A DNA stretch of 64,000 bases from a virus. The stretch lies in the IMG/VR virus record IMGVR_UViG_3300013126_000012, positions 1-64,000 of that record; one strand, given 5' to 3'. Each line of letters starts with the position of its first letter. The first letter of the stretch is position 1. Shown piece by piece: positions 30,275 to 40,200 of the stretch. Under the pieces are notes generated by a model. It worked only from the letters and a program-made list of their open reading frames with translations, was not told the origin of the DNA and did not search any database. Position numbers and translations under genes: made by a program.

Positions 30275-31214
30275 TGAATTCTTTTATAATTTGATCTATA
30301 ACTTGATATGTTGTATGGTTGACTTTAAAATCAATTAATTGTTTTGCCTTTTCTGTGTTTGCAAATCGTTTTAATATTTCATTATAATTTCCAAATACAA
30401 CATCACGAGATTCAAATATTAATTTAGATTTTGAATTCGTTTTATGTAAAATATATTCAGCAACTTCTTTTACAGTCGACTGTTCATCTGTTCCTAAATT
30501 AATTATTTCGCCATTGACAGTATTTAAATGTTGCGATAAGTTGTATAATCCATTCGCAATATCTAATGCATGACTAATCGATCGTGTTTGCATACCATCT
30601 CCATGAATTGTAATTGATTCACCTTTAAGAGCTTTATCGACAAATAATGGGATATGGCCGCCTGACCATGTTTTATTAGAACGCCATGATGCACAACCAA
30701 AAACTCTAACAACACAAGCACGTAAATTAGATTGTTGAATTTCATTAAAAATAAATTGCTCTCCATATAATTTAGATAATGCATACGAATACCGTTCATT
30801 AGTTGGAGGCCCTATAGTAATTGGCTCAGATTCTAAAAATGTTTGCGAATTACCATATACATCTGATGTTGATGTAAATATTAAAAATGCTCCAGTTTTA
30901 ACCGATTCGGATACCACCATTTCTATCATATGATAGTTTTCTTGCAAAACGCTAGAAGATTTAATAATGCCGTTAGCCGGCTTTTTCATCGAGGCTAAAT
31001 GATAAATAATATCAAATTTTTCTTTCCATAGATTTAAAAATTGAACTCGAGTTTTTTTTAATTCAAAATTTTTGTTAGACAACGCAGTTTTTAAATTTTC
31101 TGTATTTCCATATGACATATCATCTACGCCAATGACTGTATGTCCATTGTCTAATAAAAAATCTACTAAATGACTGCCAATTAATCCGGCTGCCCCTGTT
31201 ACTAATATTTTCAT
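30243..31214 (-). CDS. NAD-dependent nucleotide-sugar epimerase/dehydratase
   Basis: VTGAAGLIGS, TSTSDVYG, YALSK, GDGMQTRS. Confidence 0.92.
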   Translation of the reverse strand: MKILVTGAAGLIGSHLVDFLLDNGHTVIGVDDMSYGNTENLKTALSNKNFELKKTRVQFLNLWKEKFDIIYHLASMKKPANGIIKSSSVLQENYHMIEMVVSESVKTGAFLIFTSTSDVYGNSQTFLESEPITIGPPTNERYSYALSKLYGEQFIFNEIQQSNLRACVVRVFGCASWRSNKTWSGGHIPLFVDKALKGESITIHGDGMQTRSISHALDIANGLYNLSQHLNTVNGEIINLGTDEQSTVKEVAEYILHKTNSKSKLIFESRDVVFGNYNEILKRFANTEKAKQLIDFKVNHTTYQVIDQIIKEFSDENSSYYSR

Positions 31215-32167
31215 AAATTATATTTCCTTAACGGTCCTGTTTGTATATCGTGTTTATAATACTCGCCGATTAACGTATTTTCGTAGTTTTGTTTGATATT
31301 ATCGAATGTATTAGTATTTTCATAATCCCATCCCCATCTAGAACGCCATGCATCAAAATTTGAATATTTTCCAAAATGATATTCATCTCCTGATTTAGCT
31401 CCCGTTGCTGAATTAGCATTAATATTATATTTTTCTTTAAGGAATTGATTATTTAAACAATATAGTGATGGAATTGTTAAACATGGAAAATTTAAATAAT
31501 TAAATTGCATAGCAATATCAGGTAACCATAAATGAAAATGATATTCATTTGTTGGTTGTATATGTTTATTCCACAACATAATATTGATACCGATAGCAGC
31601 CCACATCGGAAACTCTGAAATGAATGGTTGATTCCAATGTCCTGAATTAATTAATGCATCTTGTTGTTTAGGACATAGCCATCGACCTGAATTTGATCGT
31701 ATGGATAAATGTGCCATTCCTATCATGCCTAATGGTTGTTCTCCATTATTAAACCGCTCTAATGCATCATTTGTATAGTCTCCATTGTCTAAAACATTAA
31801 ATCCAACTAATCCGAAATCATTTAATTTTTTATTATCGATATGATTAGATAATGTTTTAAAAAAATCTATCGATAAAGGATATATATCATGTTGAAAACA
31901 AATAATCCATTTACAATTTGGACGATTTTCGTTAATAAAATCAATTAATGTTTGCGTTGCCATTTGAACGCCGCGATCTTTATTCTCTAAAAAAATAATA
32001 TTGCGCGCATTACATATATGTTTTCCTTTTTCCTTTTCTTCTTTTGAAGAATTATCATCTACATTAATTAATTCAAATCCATCTAAATTGATGTTTTTTA
32101 GTACTTCGCCTTCGAGCATATCATAATTATTCCTCGAAGATACATATATAATTAAATTATCTTTCAT
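31211..32167 (-). CDS. GT-A/GT2-like glycosyltransferase
   Basis: NVDDNSS and FQHD. Confidence 0.7.
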   Translation of the reverse strand: MKDNLIIYVSSRNNYDMLEGEVLKNINLDGFELINVDDNSSKEEKEKGKHICNARNIIFLENKDRGVQMATQTLIDFINENRPNCKWIICFQHDIYPLSIDFFKTLSNHIDNKKLNDFGLVGFNVLDNGDYTNDALERFNNGEQPLGMIGMAHLSIRSNSGRWLCPKQQDALINSGHWNQPFISEFPMWAAIGINIMLWNKHIQPTNEYHFHLWLPDIAMQFNYLNFPCLTIPSLYCLNNQFLKEKYNINANSATGAKSGDEYHFGKYSNFDAWRSRWGWDYENTNTFDNIKQNYENTLIGEYYKHDIQTGPLRKYNL

Positions 32168-33017
32168 TGTTACTGATATATGTTGTAATATAATGTTTAA
32201 TATTTGATGTACATTTCCATTCTAATATAGAATTAGCTAATGATGCATCACATAATGTAGAAATTGCTTCACCTGGTTTATCGGCTTCATAAATAATGTT
32301 ATTATAACAAAACATATCAGCAATTTCTTGAATTGAATAATTCGTACCCGTTCCTAATTCAAAAATATGACCCCATGCAGATTTTTTAAAAATTAATAAC
32401 AATGCATTAACGATATCATCAACATGGGTGAAATCTCTACGTTTTGTGCCATCTCCATATATAACAATTGGTTGATTTGTTTCAATAGCACGTTCCCATT
32501 TACCGATTACGGTACAATAACCGCCTTCTTTAAGATGATGCGGACCATATACATTGTAAAATCTAGTAACAGATGCATTTAAATTGTAATGTTCTTGAAA
32601 TAAGTTAATTATTTCTTCCCCAACATCTTTACTAAATGTATACGGATTCTTAAATTTACCAGAATGATGTGAGCTAGAACCAGCATATACTAATGGTATA
32701 TTATTAGTTGCACAAAATTTTGCAATTTTCATTGTAGCAACTGCATTATTTTCAAAATATTCAACTGGCAAATTAAAAGATGGTTGTATTCTAGCAATTG
32801 CAGCTAAATGAAATACAACATCAAATTTATTATCCCAATTATCTGTTATATTTAAAATATCTTCGTTGATATATGTAGCACCTGGAATATGATTATATTC
32901 AAACCCAGTAAAATAATTGTCGATCGAAACTACATCGATATTATTTTTAATAAGCAATTTAATTAAATTAGTTCCGATAAAACCAGCACCGCCGGTTACT
33001 AATGCACGTATTTTCAT
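32157..33017 (-). CDS. NAD-dependent nucleotide-sugar epimerase/dehydratase
   Basis: VTGGAGFIG, HLAA, YTFSK, RFYNVYGP, GDG...RDFTHVDD. Confidence 0.93.
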   Translation of the reverse strand: MKIRALVTGGAGFIGTNLIKLLIKNNIDVVSIDNYFTGFEYNHIPGATYINEDILNITDNWDNKFDVVFHLAAIARIQPSFNLPVEYFENNAVATMKIAKFCATNNIPLVYAGSSSHHSGKFKNPYTFSKDVGEEIINLFQEHYNLNASVTRFYNVYGPHHLKEGGYCTVIGKWERAIETNQPIVIYGDGTKRRDFTHVDDIVNALLLIFKKSAWGHIFELGTGTNYSIQEIADMFCYNNIIYEADKPGEAISTLCDASLANSILEWKCTSNIKHYITTYISNNER

Positions 33018-33643
33018 AATGTGTTATAATATTCATTTTGTTTAATTTGTCGATCAATTGTTTTTGGGTGATATAAAGAATACTCTTCTTCTAATGGTAA
33101 AGTTGAATATTCTTTAAAACCTTGTAGTACTTCGTGCACTTTATTTTTCCAAGTAATGTTATCGTCATTGCGGTAAATTCTCCATTGGTAATCTGGCCAA
33201 TTGATCCACCCATGTTCATTAACATTCCACCCCCATTGTTGCATATGATCTTGATTCATACCTTCCACAGTATTTACTCTAGGTACTAGAACAACATCTA
33301 CCGTAGAATTTGTTTCTAGTATATTTGGTAGTTGTGTTATCAAAGTTTCATTTGGTATTTCATCTGCATCAATCTGAAAAATAAAATCGCCAAAGCAATA
33401 TGATGATAATTTATTTTTCCAATCAGCAAAATGTCCTTGAAATTTATCTTGCCATATGGTTATATGATCGTCATAATGTCGTTCATAATGTCGCAGCGTT
33501 GATATCATTTCATCATCTGTGTTTGTTATATCTAACAACACAACAATTTCATCAGTTTTCTGTTTATGTTTAAGTAAAAAATCAAGCAAACGTTGTATTT
33601 CTTGCAATTCGTTACATACCGTTACCGCATAACTTATTTTCAT
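33014..33643 (-). CDS. Glycosyltransferase family 2
   Basis: SYAVTVCNE, QIDADE, WPDYQWR, KVHE. Confidence 0.88.
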   Translation of the reverse strand: MKISYAVTVCNELQEIQRLLDFLLKHKQKTDEIVVLLDITNTDDEMISTLRHYERHYDDHITIWQDKFQGHFADWKNKLSSYCFGDFIFQIDADEIPNETLITQLPNILETNSTVDVVLVPRVNTVEGMNQDHMQQWGWNVNEHGWINWPDYQWRIYRNDDNITWKNKVHEVLQGFKEYSTLPLEEEYSLYHPKTIDRQIKQNEYYNTL

Positions 33644-34893
33644 GCTTCGATTTTCTTTAATTTAGGTAACGTTAATTTAGGCAATGACAATTCTACTTGT
33701 TTTGGTACCGATGCTAATGCTTCATCAACGTTACCTAATACTTTTTCATATACAGCTGCCACTGCAGTTTTTGTAAATGTTGAATTAACAAAATAACGTT
33801 GGCGTTTTGCTAATTCTTGCCATTTTTTATAATTCTTTTGCACTTCTTTCATCATTTTACTAGCATATGTATAATCTGGAGTAAACCACTTTGCATCTTT
33901 AATTAAAAATTCGTTACGAGCCGATTCGTGTATTTCAGTCAAACCGCCTGGCAATGCACAAATGAAATCTTTTTTAAGAAAATCAGCTTGACCAGAATAA
34001 TGAGGTGCAATTACGGGTTTACCTGTAGTTGAAAATTCAAGTAATGGACGACCAAACCCTTCTGCTTTTGTAAATGATATCATAGCTTTTACTTTAGGAT
34101 GATTGTAAAGCAAATTCATTTCTTCATCTGCTAAATCTCCGTGCAATAAGTATACGTTTGGTAACTTAGCTCCCGGAAATAATTCTTGAAGCTGAATTAT
34201 TTTGTTTTCAATATCCATGCGATCCATTACTGAATATGTGGCTCCGCTTGTTTTCAATACAAGTGCTGGCGCATCTTTTTGATTTTTATATGTATTGAAA
34301 AAACAATGAATAAGACCGCTAATATTTTTACGATCTTCGCCAGCTTGACCTTGCAACCAATGGCCAACTGATAAAAATGCAAATGTTTCGGGAATTGAAT
34401 CTAGAATCGATAACTGGCCAGTTGTTTTATTAGTATATACATTTTCATCAAAATATTCTGGAATTACTTCTAGTTTAGATGTAATAGGTTTGTTATTCTT
34501 TTGGGATGTATTAATAAATACTTGTTTTGTAAATTCGCTTGGTACAATGACCAATTGCATTGCATTAAGTTTGTCAATCCATTCTGCAGGACAAATATCT
34601 CCTTCGGTGCCAGCAGTAACTCCAATATTATACTTTCCAACTGCTTGAAATTCATTAGGCACTGTAACTTGTACCCAAACGTCTGGTTGTGATGTAAGTG
34701 GTAGCGGAACAATGCGTTGATTCCAATCTTGTGGTATTGGATATGTAAATGGAGTATGTCCCCATGGCAAAGACACGAGTTTAACGTCCCATTCTTGCCC
34801 TCGTTGTTCTATAATGTTTGCAATAATTTCGCGGGCATGATGACCATATCCCGATTGTGTTGCTACTGGTGACGCTATTATAACTGATCGCAT
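33640..34893 (-). CDS. Glycosyltransferase family 4 (GT-B)
   Basis: SGYG, RKN, EGFGRPLLE. Confidence 0.88.
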   Translation of the reverse strand: MRSVIIASPVATQSGYGHHAREIIANIIEQRGQEWDVKLVSLPWGHTPFTYPIPQDWNQRIVPLPLTSQPDVWVQVTVPNEFQAVGKYNIGVTAGTEGDICPAEWIDKLNAMQLVIVPSEFTKQVFINTSQKNNKPITSKLEVIPEYFDENVYTNKTTGQLSILDSIPETFAFLSVGHWLQGQAGEDRKNISGLIHCFFNTYKNQKDAPALVLKTSGATYSVMDRMDIENKIIQLQELFPGAKLPNVYLLHGDLADEEMNLLYNHPKVKAMISFTKAEGFGRPLLEFSTTGKPVIAPHYSGQADFLKKDFICALPGGLTEIHESARNEFLIKDAKWFTPDYTYASKMMKEVQKNYKKWQELAKRQRYFVNSTFTKTAVAAVYEKVLGNVDEALASVPKQVELSLPKLTLPKLKKIEA

Positions 34894-36377
34894 ACTATTC
34901 CTGTTTTTTCATATTTTTTTGGTGTAACTTTAGTTAGTGTATATCTTGCACGGGTTTCTAATTTAGATTCAAATAAATAATCAATCATTTCAATCATTTT
35001 GTTGCCCATTTGTTCGGCCGTTAGTCCATTTTTTAATGCCCATTCTCTACCAGATTGACCCATTTGATTTCGAAGCGTTTCTGGCGTGTCATACCAATAT
35101 CGAATTGCATCAGCAACATCTTCATATCGAACTCGATCGTCAAAGATATATGGAGTAGCTGGCGAACCTTGAAGTGATCTATTACTTGGAAATACTGGTT
35201 TAACCCAAACGCCATGTAATTTATATTTACCTGTATGATTAGTTGCAAATTCTCCATTAAATCTAATCCACTCGTCATTTTCATCCACAAATCCACATTG
35301 GTCTTGTAATCCACCAGTTACATTGTTAATAATCGGAGTGCCTGATAATATTGCTTCAGTTGAACTAAGTCCCCATCCCTCGTTGCTACCAATGTTAACA
35401 ACAACATCGGCAACATTATACATAGCATTCAATTCAGCATGAGACAATTTTTGTTCCGAAAATATTATTTTGCAATCTGGTGCCAATGTTTTAAAAATGG
35501 CTCGGAGATCTGTTCCGTTTTCATCTACAATCTGTGTATGCATTAGCAATGCTACTCGTTGCTTTTGCTCTGCAGGCAATCCGTCAACAAATGTTTTAAA
35601 CGCTAAAATTAAATCGCCTGGTTGTTTTCGTCTAATATTTCGATTGTTCCAAAACACTACAAAGTCTACACCATGTTTCGTTTTAATGTTTTCATAAACA
35701 TGTTTGTATGTTGCATCATCTACAGGCAATGGTTTGAATGTATTATGATTTAATCCGTGAGGAACAAACCCGGTAACAATTTGATTCCATTTTACATCCG
35801 TTGGTACTGAATCTTGAGCATCATAATTTACAACATCAAATCCATTTTGTGCGAGTACTTCTCGATGAATATTGTCTGATTGTTTGCTAATACCCATAAT
35901 TAAATCGCAACTTGCATAAAATGGTGCGTTCCACATTGGATAAGGTAAATCATCCCAAATTGAATAATAAATAATAGGTATGTTGAATGTTGTTTTAATT
36001 TCGTGCTCAATAGCATATAACCAAGTCCAATATCGCGGATCGGTAAAATGAAATATTGCATCTGGACGTTCATTGTTTATAAGTGCCATTAGAATATTTC
36101 GGTCTCCATAACCATTCCATGGAATAATTTTAACTGATGCATCTTCTATGCCCGTTTCTTGTGCAACTTGTGCTGACAAATCAAATGCTTGACCTGCTTC
36201 TGGGTGTTTTAATGCGCCGCCTAATTGTACCCAATCATAATGTCGTACGGTATTGAATATAATCTCTCGGCTGATGGTACCAATACCCGAAGGCAATCGG
36301 AAATCATCTGCTAATAATAAAATTTTCTTTTTCTTGGGCTTGTTGGGGTCGATTTTTTTTAGTTTTGGTAACTGCAT
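34878..36377 (-). CDS. Glycosyltransferase family 4 (GT-B)
   Basis: SGIG, VPHG, NRNIRRK, EGWGLSSTEA. Confidence 0.9.
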   Translation of the reverse strand: MQLPKLKKIDPNKPKKKKILLLADDFRLPSGIGTISREIIFNTVRHYDWVQLGGALKHPEAGQAFDLSAQVAQETGIEDASVKIIPWNGYGDRNILMALINNERPDAIFHFTDPRYWTWLYAIEHEIKTTFNIPIIYYSIWDDLPYPMWNAPFYASCDLIMGISKQSDNIHREVLAQNGFDVVNYDAQDSVPTDVKWNQIVTGFVPHGLNHNTFKPLPVDDATYKHVYENIKTKHGVDFVVFWNNRNIRRKQPGDLILAFKTFVDGLPAEQKQRVALLMHTQIVDENGTDLRAIFKTLAPDCKIIFSEQKLSHAELNAMYNVADVVVNIGSNEGWGLSSTEAILSGTPIINNVTGGLQDQCGFVDENDEWIRFNGEFATNHTGKYKLHGVWVKPVFPSNRSLQGSPATPYIFDDRVRYEDVADAIRYWYDTPETLRNQMGQSGREWALKNGLTAEQMGNKMIEMIDYLFESKLETRARYTLTKVTPKKYEKTGIVCDQL

Positions 36378-36409
36378 TTTATCCTTTATAACTTTTGTAT
36401 AAATATGGT

Positions 36410-36814
36410 TTAACCTAAGATAACCACAGGTTTTTGTAATTTTTTAGTTCGCGTCCATGCTGTTTGAAGCACTGGATCTAGTTGCGGTTGATTGCTTAAA
36501 ATCATCATGTAATCGCATCGTTCTGCAATAAGCTGCATGCGGTGATGAAGCTGCGAAAAATGATATGGTTTGCCATAATATGATTCTGGCATTGCTGAGT
36601 ACATATTATGTCCCGAAAATGATGGATTATATTCTTCGTAACTTAAACCAAACTCTAACGCATACTTTCTAACCATATTGTTGGCTCCTTCATTACCACC
36701 TGCACCAACAACAATCAAATCGTCACCAAACTTCTTTTTTACAAGTTGCAAAGTTTCTTGTATTTTCCTTTTGTTTTGCCAATCTGTATTTCCGATAATT
36801 GCAATTCGTTTCAT
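36410..36814 (-). CDS. SLOG-family (DUF2493/YspA-like) protein
   Basis: IAIIGNTDW, VVGAGGNEGA...YA. Confidence 0.6.
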   Translation of the reverse strand: MKRIAIIGNTDWQNKRKIQETLQLVKKKFGDDLIVVGAGGNEGANNMVRKYALEFGLSYEEYNPSFSGHNMYSAMPESYYGKPYHFSQLHHRMQLIAERCDYMMILSNQPQLDPVLQTAWTRTKKLQKPVVILG

Positions 36815-37029
36815 CGTCGTTCTCGTACAAATTTAACACCTTTTGGATAATGCCCGTATACTAAACGAAGCATTTGCTCCAACGTTTTTCTATTTTCTTT
36901 ATGATCGGGGCCATCTATGTTTGTACACAACGAATACTCCATGACACATGTTTTAGTACCTGGCCATGTTGGATGATTTTGCATCTGAAATTCGTAAACG
37001 TATACATGTTTATGTGTCCACTTAATCAT
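36811..37029 (-). CDS. Hypothetical protein
   Basis: 72-aa ORF with a TATAAT-type motif upstream. Confidence 0.55.
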   Translation of the reverse strand: MIKWTHKHVYVYEFQMQNHPTWPGTKTCVMEYSLCTNIDGPDHKENRKTLEQMLRLVYGHYPKGVKFVRERR

Positions 37030-37047
37030 ACTTTATTATAATGAATT

Positions 37048-38001
37048 TTATTCACGAATCCTATTTTCTTTAGGACAACGTTCATAATCTGTTTTGAACG
37101 GACAATACTTACAATTTACAGCACCTTTGCCGGCAACAGCAACATAGTTTCTATCAGCATTCTTATTGCCTTCTGCATCAAAGCATGCATCAACAAAAGA
37201 TTCAATCTGCCGTTGAACTTTCTTTTGAGTTACTGAACCAGCTGCGGGTTTATGATTTTGAATTCGTTTTTGTGGAAACATTGATTCTTCAACAATCTTA
37301 CGCTTAACGATAAAAAATTCAACTTCAATCTTGTCACGCGATACACCAAATTGCTCTGCAAAGTAATTTTTGTATGCAATCAATTGTGCTGACTTCATTG
37401 CATCTGATTTAGCTGGTTGCTTCCAACCATTGCGAGATGTTTTAATATCAAATAATTTGAAAGTATTAGTAGGAACGTGTCGCATAACAACATCAATAAA
37501 ACCATACCAGTATACCGATGAATTCTTGGATGATGCTGGATGACATAATTCAATTTCAATGCCAACTAATTCCCAATCTTTACTTGAAAAGTATTGTCCT
37601 CGACGTTTGCTAAACCATTGTAAAATAGCCGCTCCATCTTCTAAATATTCTGCTAATTGTAATGGATTTGAAAAATGCTCTCCACCAAACTCTTGTACAC
37701 ATCGGGCATATTCTTCTCGAAGTTTGTTTTGCAATATTCCACGCAAATCTAATGCTTCTGCCTTCTTAACAGATTCTGTATACATTACGGTTAAGAAATA
37801 CTGAAATGTCTCGTGGAATGCCGTTCCAAACACTGTTTCAATTGATGCTTGGAACGGCGCTAGACCATCGATATATGATAATTTCCAAGAAAGCGGACAA
37901 CGTTCATACATCGACCATTGCGAATAAGAAATCTTTCTTGGTACAGATGTTGCATCTCGTACTGCTAATCTATATACCGGATTAATGTATGTACCTTTCA
38001 T
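37048..38001 (-). CDS. PD-(D/E)XK nuclease (RecB/Cas4-like exonuclease)
   Basis: ISYS...CP, GTAFHE, GFIDV, DIKT, QL..Y, CKYCPF...C. Confidence 0.88.
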   Translation of the reverse strand: MKGTYINPVYRLAVRDATSVPRKISYSQWSMYERCPLSWKLSYIDGLAPFQASIETVFGTAFHETFQYFLTVMYTESVKKAEALDLRGILQNKLREEYARCVQEFGGEHFSNPLQLAEYLEDGAAILQWFSKRRGQYFSSKDWELVGIEIELCHPASSKNSSVYWYGFIDVVMRHVPTNTFKLFDIKTSRNGWKQPAKSDAMKSAQLIAYKNYFAEQFGVSRDKIEVEFFIVKRKIVEESMFPQKRIQNHKPAAGSVTQKKVQRQIESFVDACFDAEGNKNADRNYVAVAGKGAVNCKYCPFKTDYERCPKENRIRE

Positions 38002-38053
38002 ACTATATTATATAAAAAAATACATATAAATCCAATATACGATATATATTAAT

Positions 38054-39388
38054 ATGATACGTCTAAAAAAATTACTAGAACAATTGGGCGGTAAAAATGC
38101 AGTGTTTAAACAATCACCTATTGATAAATCAATCGTAATAACTCCATTTGATGCTAAAAAGGTAGCTAAATTATTATATAATTCAAAGGGATATATTAAC
38201 GATGATGAATCGTTAGCTAAAGATTCAATTATTAAAAATATTAATAATATTGAACAATACAAACAAGTAAATAAAGAATTACAGTCACTAACATCTGGTA
38301 GAGGTATTGGTGCATATCTTCGATCGTTTTTAAATAACGTAGATAGATTTAAAATTGTACGATCGTTAGTTTATAAGCTTCCGAAAACTGATTGGAAATG
38401 GACTATTGCAAAGATTATGCCATTTAGTGATTTTAAATTGTTAGTTAGCAAAAATCCTTCATATTGGAACGTTATAGTTGGAAATTCAATGTCAAACCAG
38501 CCAGTGACTAACGCAGAATTACAATTAATTCAATTTTATGAACCTGAAAAAATTAAGGATTCTAATTACGGATTCTGGGATAGAGTTATTGACACATTTC
38601 TATCCGTATCCGGAACACCAATTAAAGATGCTAGAGATTTACTATCAGATTTTGATGCTATCATTAAAAGAAGAATTGATTACAATAAGAAACATAATTT
38701 ACCAATTGATACCTTAACACCAGAAGAAAAAACTTTTAGGGAGAAAATTTTAAAGGCCACCCCAAACTATGGGTATCCTAACATTTTCGGTTTGTCCAAA
38801 ATTATACAAGATATAAATCAAGGTAAAAATATCCAACCTCAAGAATTCGAAAGATACAAAAAGATTGGAACATATGATTATGGTAATATTGGTAAACAAA
38901 AATATAGTGACCAAAAACTAAAGACGCTGCTGGGTTCCAGAGAAGAACTTAAAAGAATGTGGTTGGGAATTGATGAACCTGATGGGGAAAGTAAAGGTTT
39001 TTGGGTTAAATCGGAATTCAAACCAAAAGACTCAACAAACCCAAACGCTGTTTATTATAAACCAAAAGATATTCCAAAATTAACGCCACAACAATTTGAT
39101 GAATTATACAATGCAATTATGGATACTAAAAAACCAGATGGTAAATTTCCTGGGGGAAATAGTTCTATATTATTTGATAACAAATTCAAATTTATTAACG
39201 CAAGTATTAAAGAGAAAATAAGGGGTGATTTAGGTCATTTTAAATTTGGTGCGGGAAAAGAAAATGGAAAAACATATATTTCTATATATGATGAATGGGA
39301 CTTAATGCCACCTTCCGCCAAAAAATTCGGTGTTAATGTTCAAAAATACGGTAAAACACCATTAATATATTATCGTATTTTTAAATAA
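38054..39388 (+). CDS. Hypothetical protein with MIRLK N-terminus and an annexin-like repeat; only plus-strand gene
   Basis: 444-aa ORF beginning MIRLKKLLE; AKLLYNSKGYINDDESLA...QYKQVN...GRGIGAYL. Confidence 0.8.
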   Translation: MIRLKKLLEQLGGKNAVFKQSPIDKSIVITPFDAKKVAKLLYNSKGYINDDESLAKDSIIKNINNIEQYKQVNKELQSLTSGRGIGAYLRSFLNNVDRFKIVRSLVYKLPKTDWKWTIAKIMPFSDFKLLVSKNPSYWNVIVGNSMSNQPVTNAELQLIQFYEPEKIKDSNYGFWDRVIDTFLSVSGTPIKDARDLLSDFDAIIKRRIDYNKKHNLPIDTLTPEEKTFREKILKATPNYGYPNIFGLSKIIQDINQGKNIQPQEFERYKKIGTYDYGNIGKQKYSDQKLKTLLGSREELKRMWLGIDEPDGESKGFWVKSEFKPKDSTNPNAVYYKPKDIPKLTPQQFDELYNAIMDTKKPDGKFPGGNSSILFDNKFKFINASIKEKIRGDLGHFKFGAGKENGKTYISIYDEWDLMPPSAKKFGVNVQKYGKTPLIYYRIFK

Positions 39389-39535
39389 ATGCAAATCTTG
39401 TATAAATGAACCTTTATGCCGGCATCTTACAATGCGTTTAACGATATCAAATTCATAGGTATTCAATCCCCATTCTTCTGCAAATTTATAAAGGCTATCT
39501 TTACCTTTGTAATGTGTCTGTGTATTTACGCTCAC
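39362..39535 (-). CDS. DUF3310-like small protein, possibly C-terminally truncated
   Basis: Manual translation from GTG: MSVNTQTHYKGKDSLYKFAEEWGLNTYEFDIVKRIVRCRHKGSFIQDL, then it runs into the antisense of the plus-strand gene. Confidence 0.55.
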   Translation of the reverse strand: MSVNTQTHYKGKDSLYKFAEEWGLNTYEFDIVKRIVRCRHKGSFIQDLHLFKNTIIY

Positions 39536-39981
39536 TTGATTCCTTTTAACATACGTTTTTTCTCAGCATCGCTATATCCATACATTGTTATGATGCGTTC
39601 TAACGTAACCTTATCCATTAAATCTGCATAATCTACAGCTTCGGATTTGCTAATCTGATAATGTTCTGCAAGTTGTGTGATTAAATCTTTATCAAATTTA
39701 TCTTCAGTTTTGCCTTTAATGTATTTTGCAAAGCTTTTATTGGTAGGCAGAAGTTCATAGTACAATCGATATGTTTCTTGTGGTCTAAGTAATCCAATTG
39801 TATATGTTTGCAATTCATTGACTAATTCCGTTAATTCCATTCGCATCGATAACCAACGATTAACGATAAATGGAGAAAATTTCTTTTGATCGGTTTCAGA
39901 CCATTTTTTCCATTCACGTTTTTTATCCGTTACGCCACCAATCAAATCAAAAATCGTTGCACCTTTTTTTTCTTCTGCCAT
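39532..39981 (-). CDS. Clamp loader small subunit (T4 gp62-like)
   Basis: FSPFIVNRWLSM...VNELQ...YIK; near the gp44-like gene. Confidence 0.75.
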   Translation of the reverse strand: MAEEKKGATIFDLIGGVTDKKREWKKWSETDQKKFSPFIVNRWLSMRMELTELVNELQTYTIGLLRPQETYRLYYELLPTNKSFAKYIKGKTEDKFDKDLITQLAEHYQISKSEAVDYADLMDKVTLERIITMYGYSDAEKKRMLKGIK

Positions 39982-39984
39982 TCG

Positions 39985-40200
39985 TTATAATTTATATTTT
40001 TTACGATATTGTTGTTCTAAATATTCACCCATCCCTGCTTCTAAAATAACAGCAGTATCTGGTATTCCTATGATTCGTTTTGCATTTAAGATATCATCCA
40101 TTGATTTGTTTCGAAACGTTTTGATTTTAGTTTTTGCGTTGCTACGATTTGATGTTTTAAATACAATTGTAACTAAATCTTTATGATATGGTGCAGACAT
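39985..40200 (-). CDS. Hypothetical protein
   Basis: 71-aa coupled ORF. Confidence 0.6.
   Translation of the reverse strand: MSAPYHKDLVTIVFKTSNRSNAKTKIKTFRNKSMDDILNAKRIIGIPDTAVILEAGMGEYLEQQYRKKYKL

Noticed and set aside
37048-38001. Cas4-like nuclease as part of a CRISPR system
   Set aside because: No repeat-spacer array or other cas genes are visible, and stand-alone PD-(D/E)XK exonucleases are common in phages.
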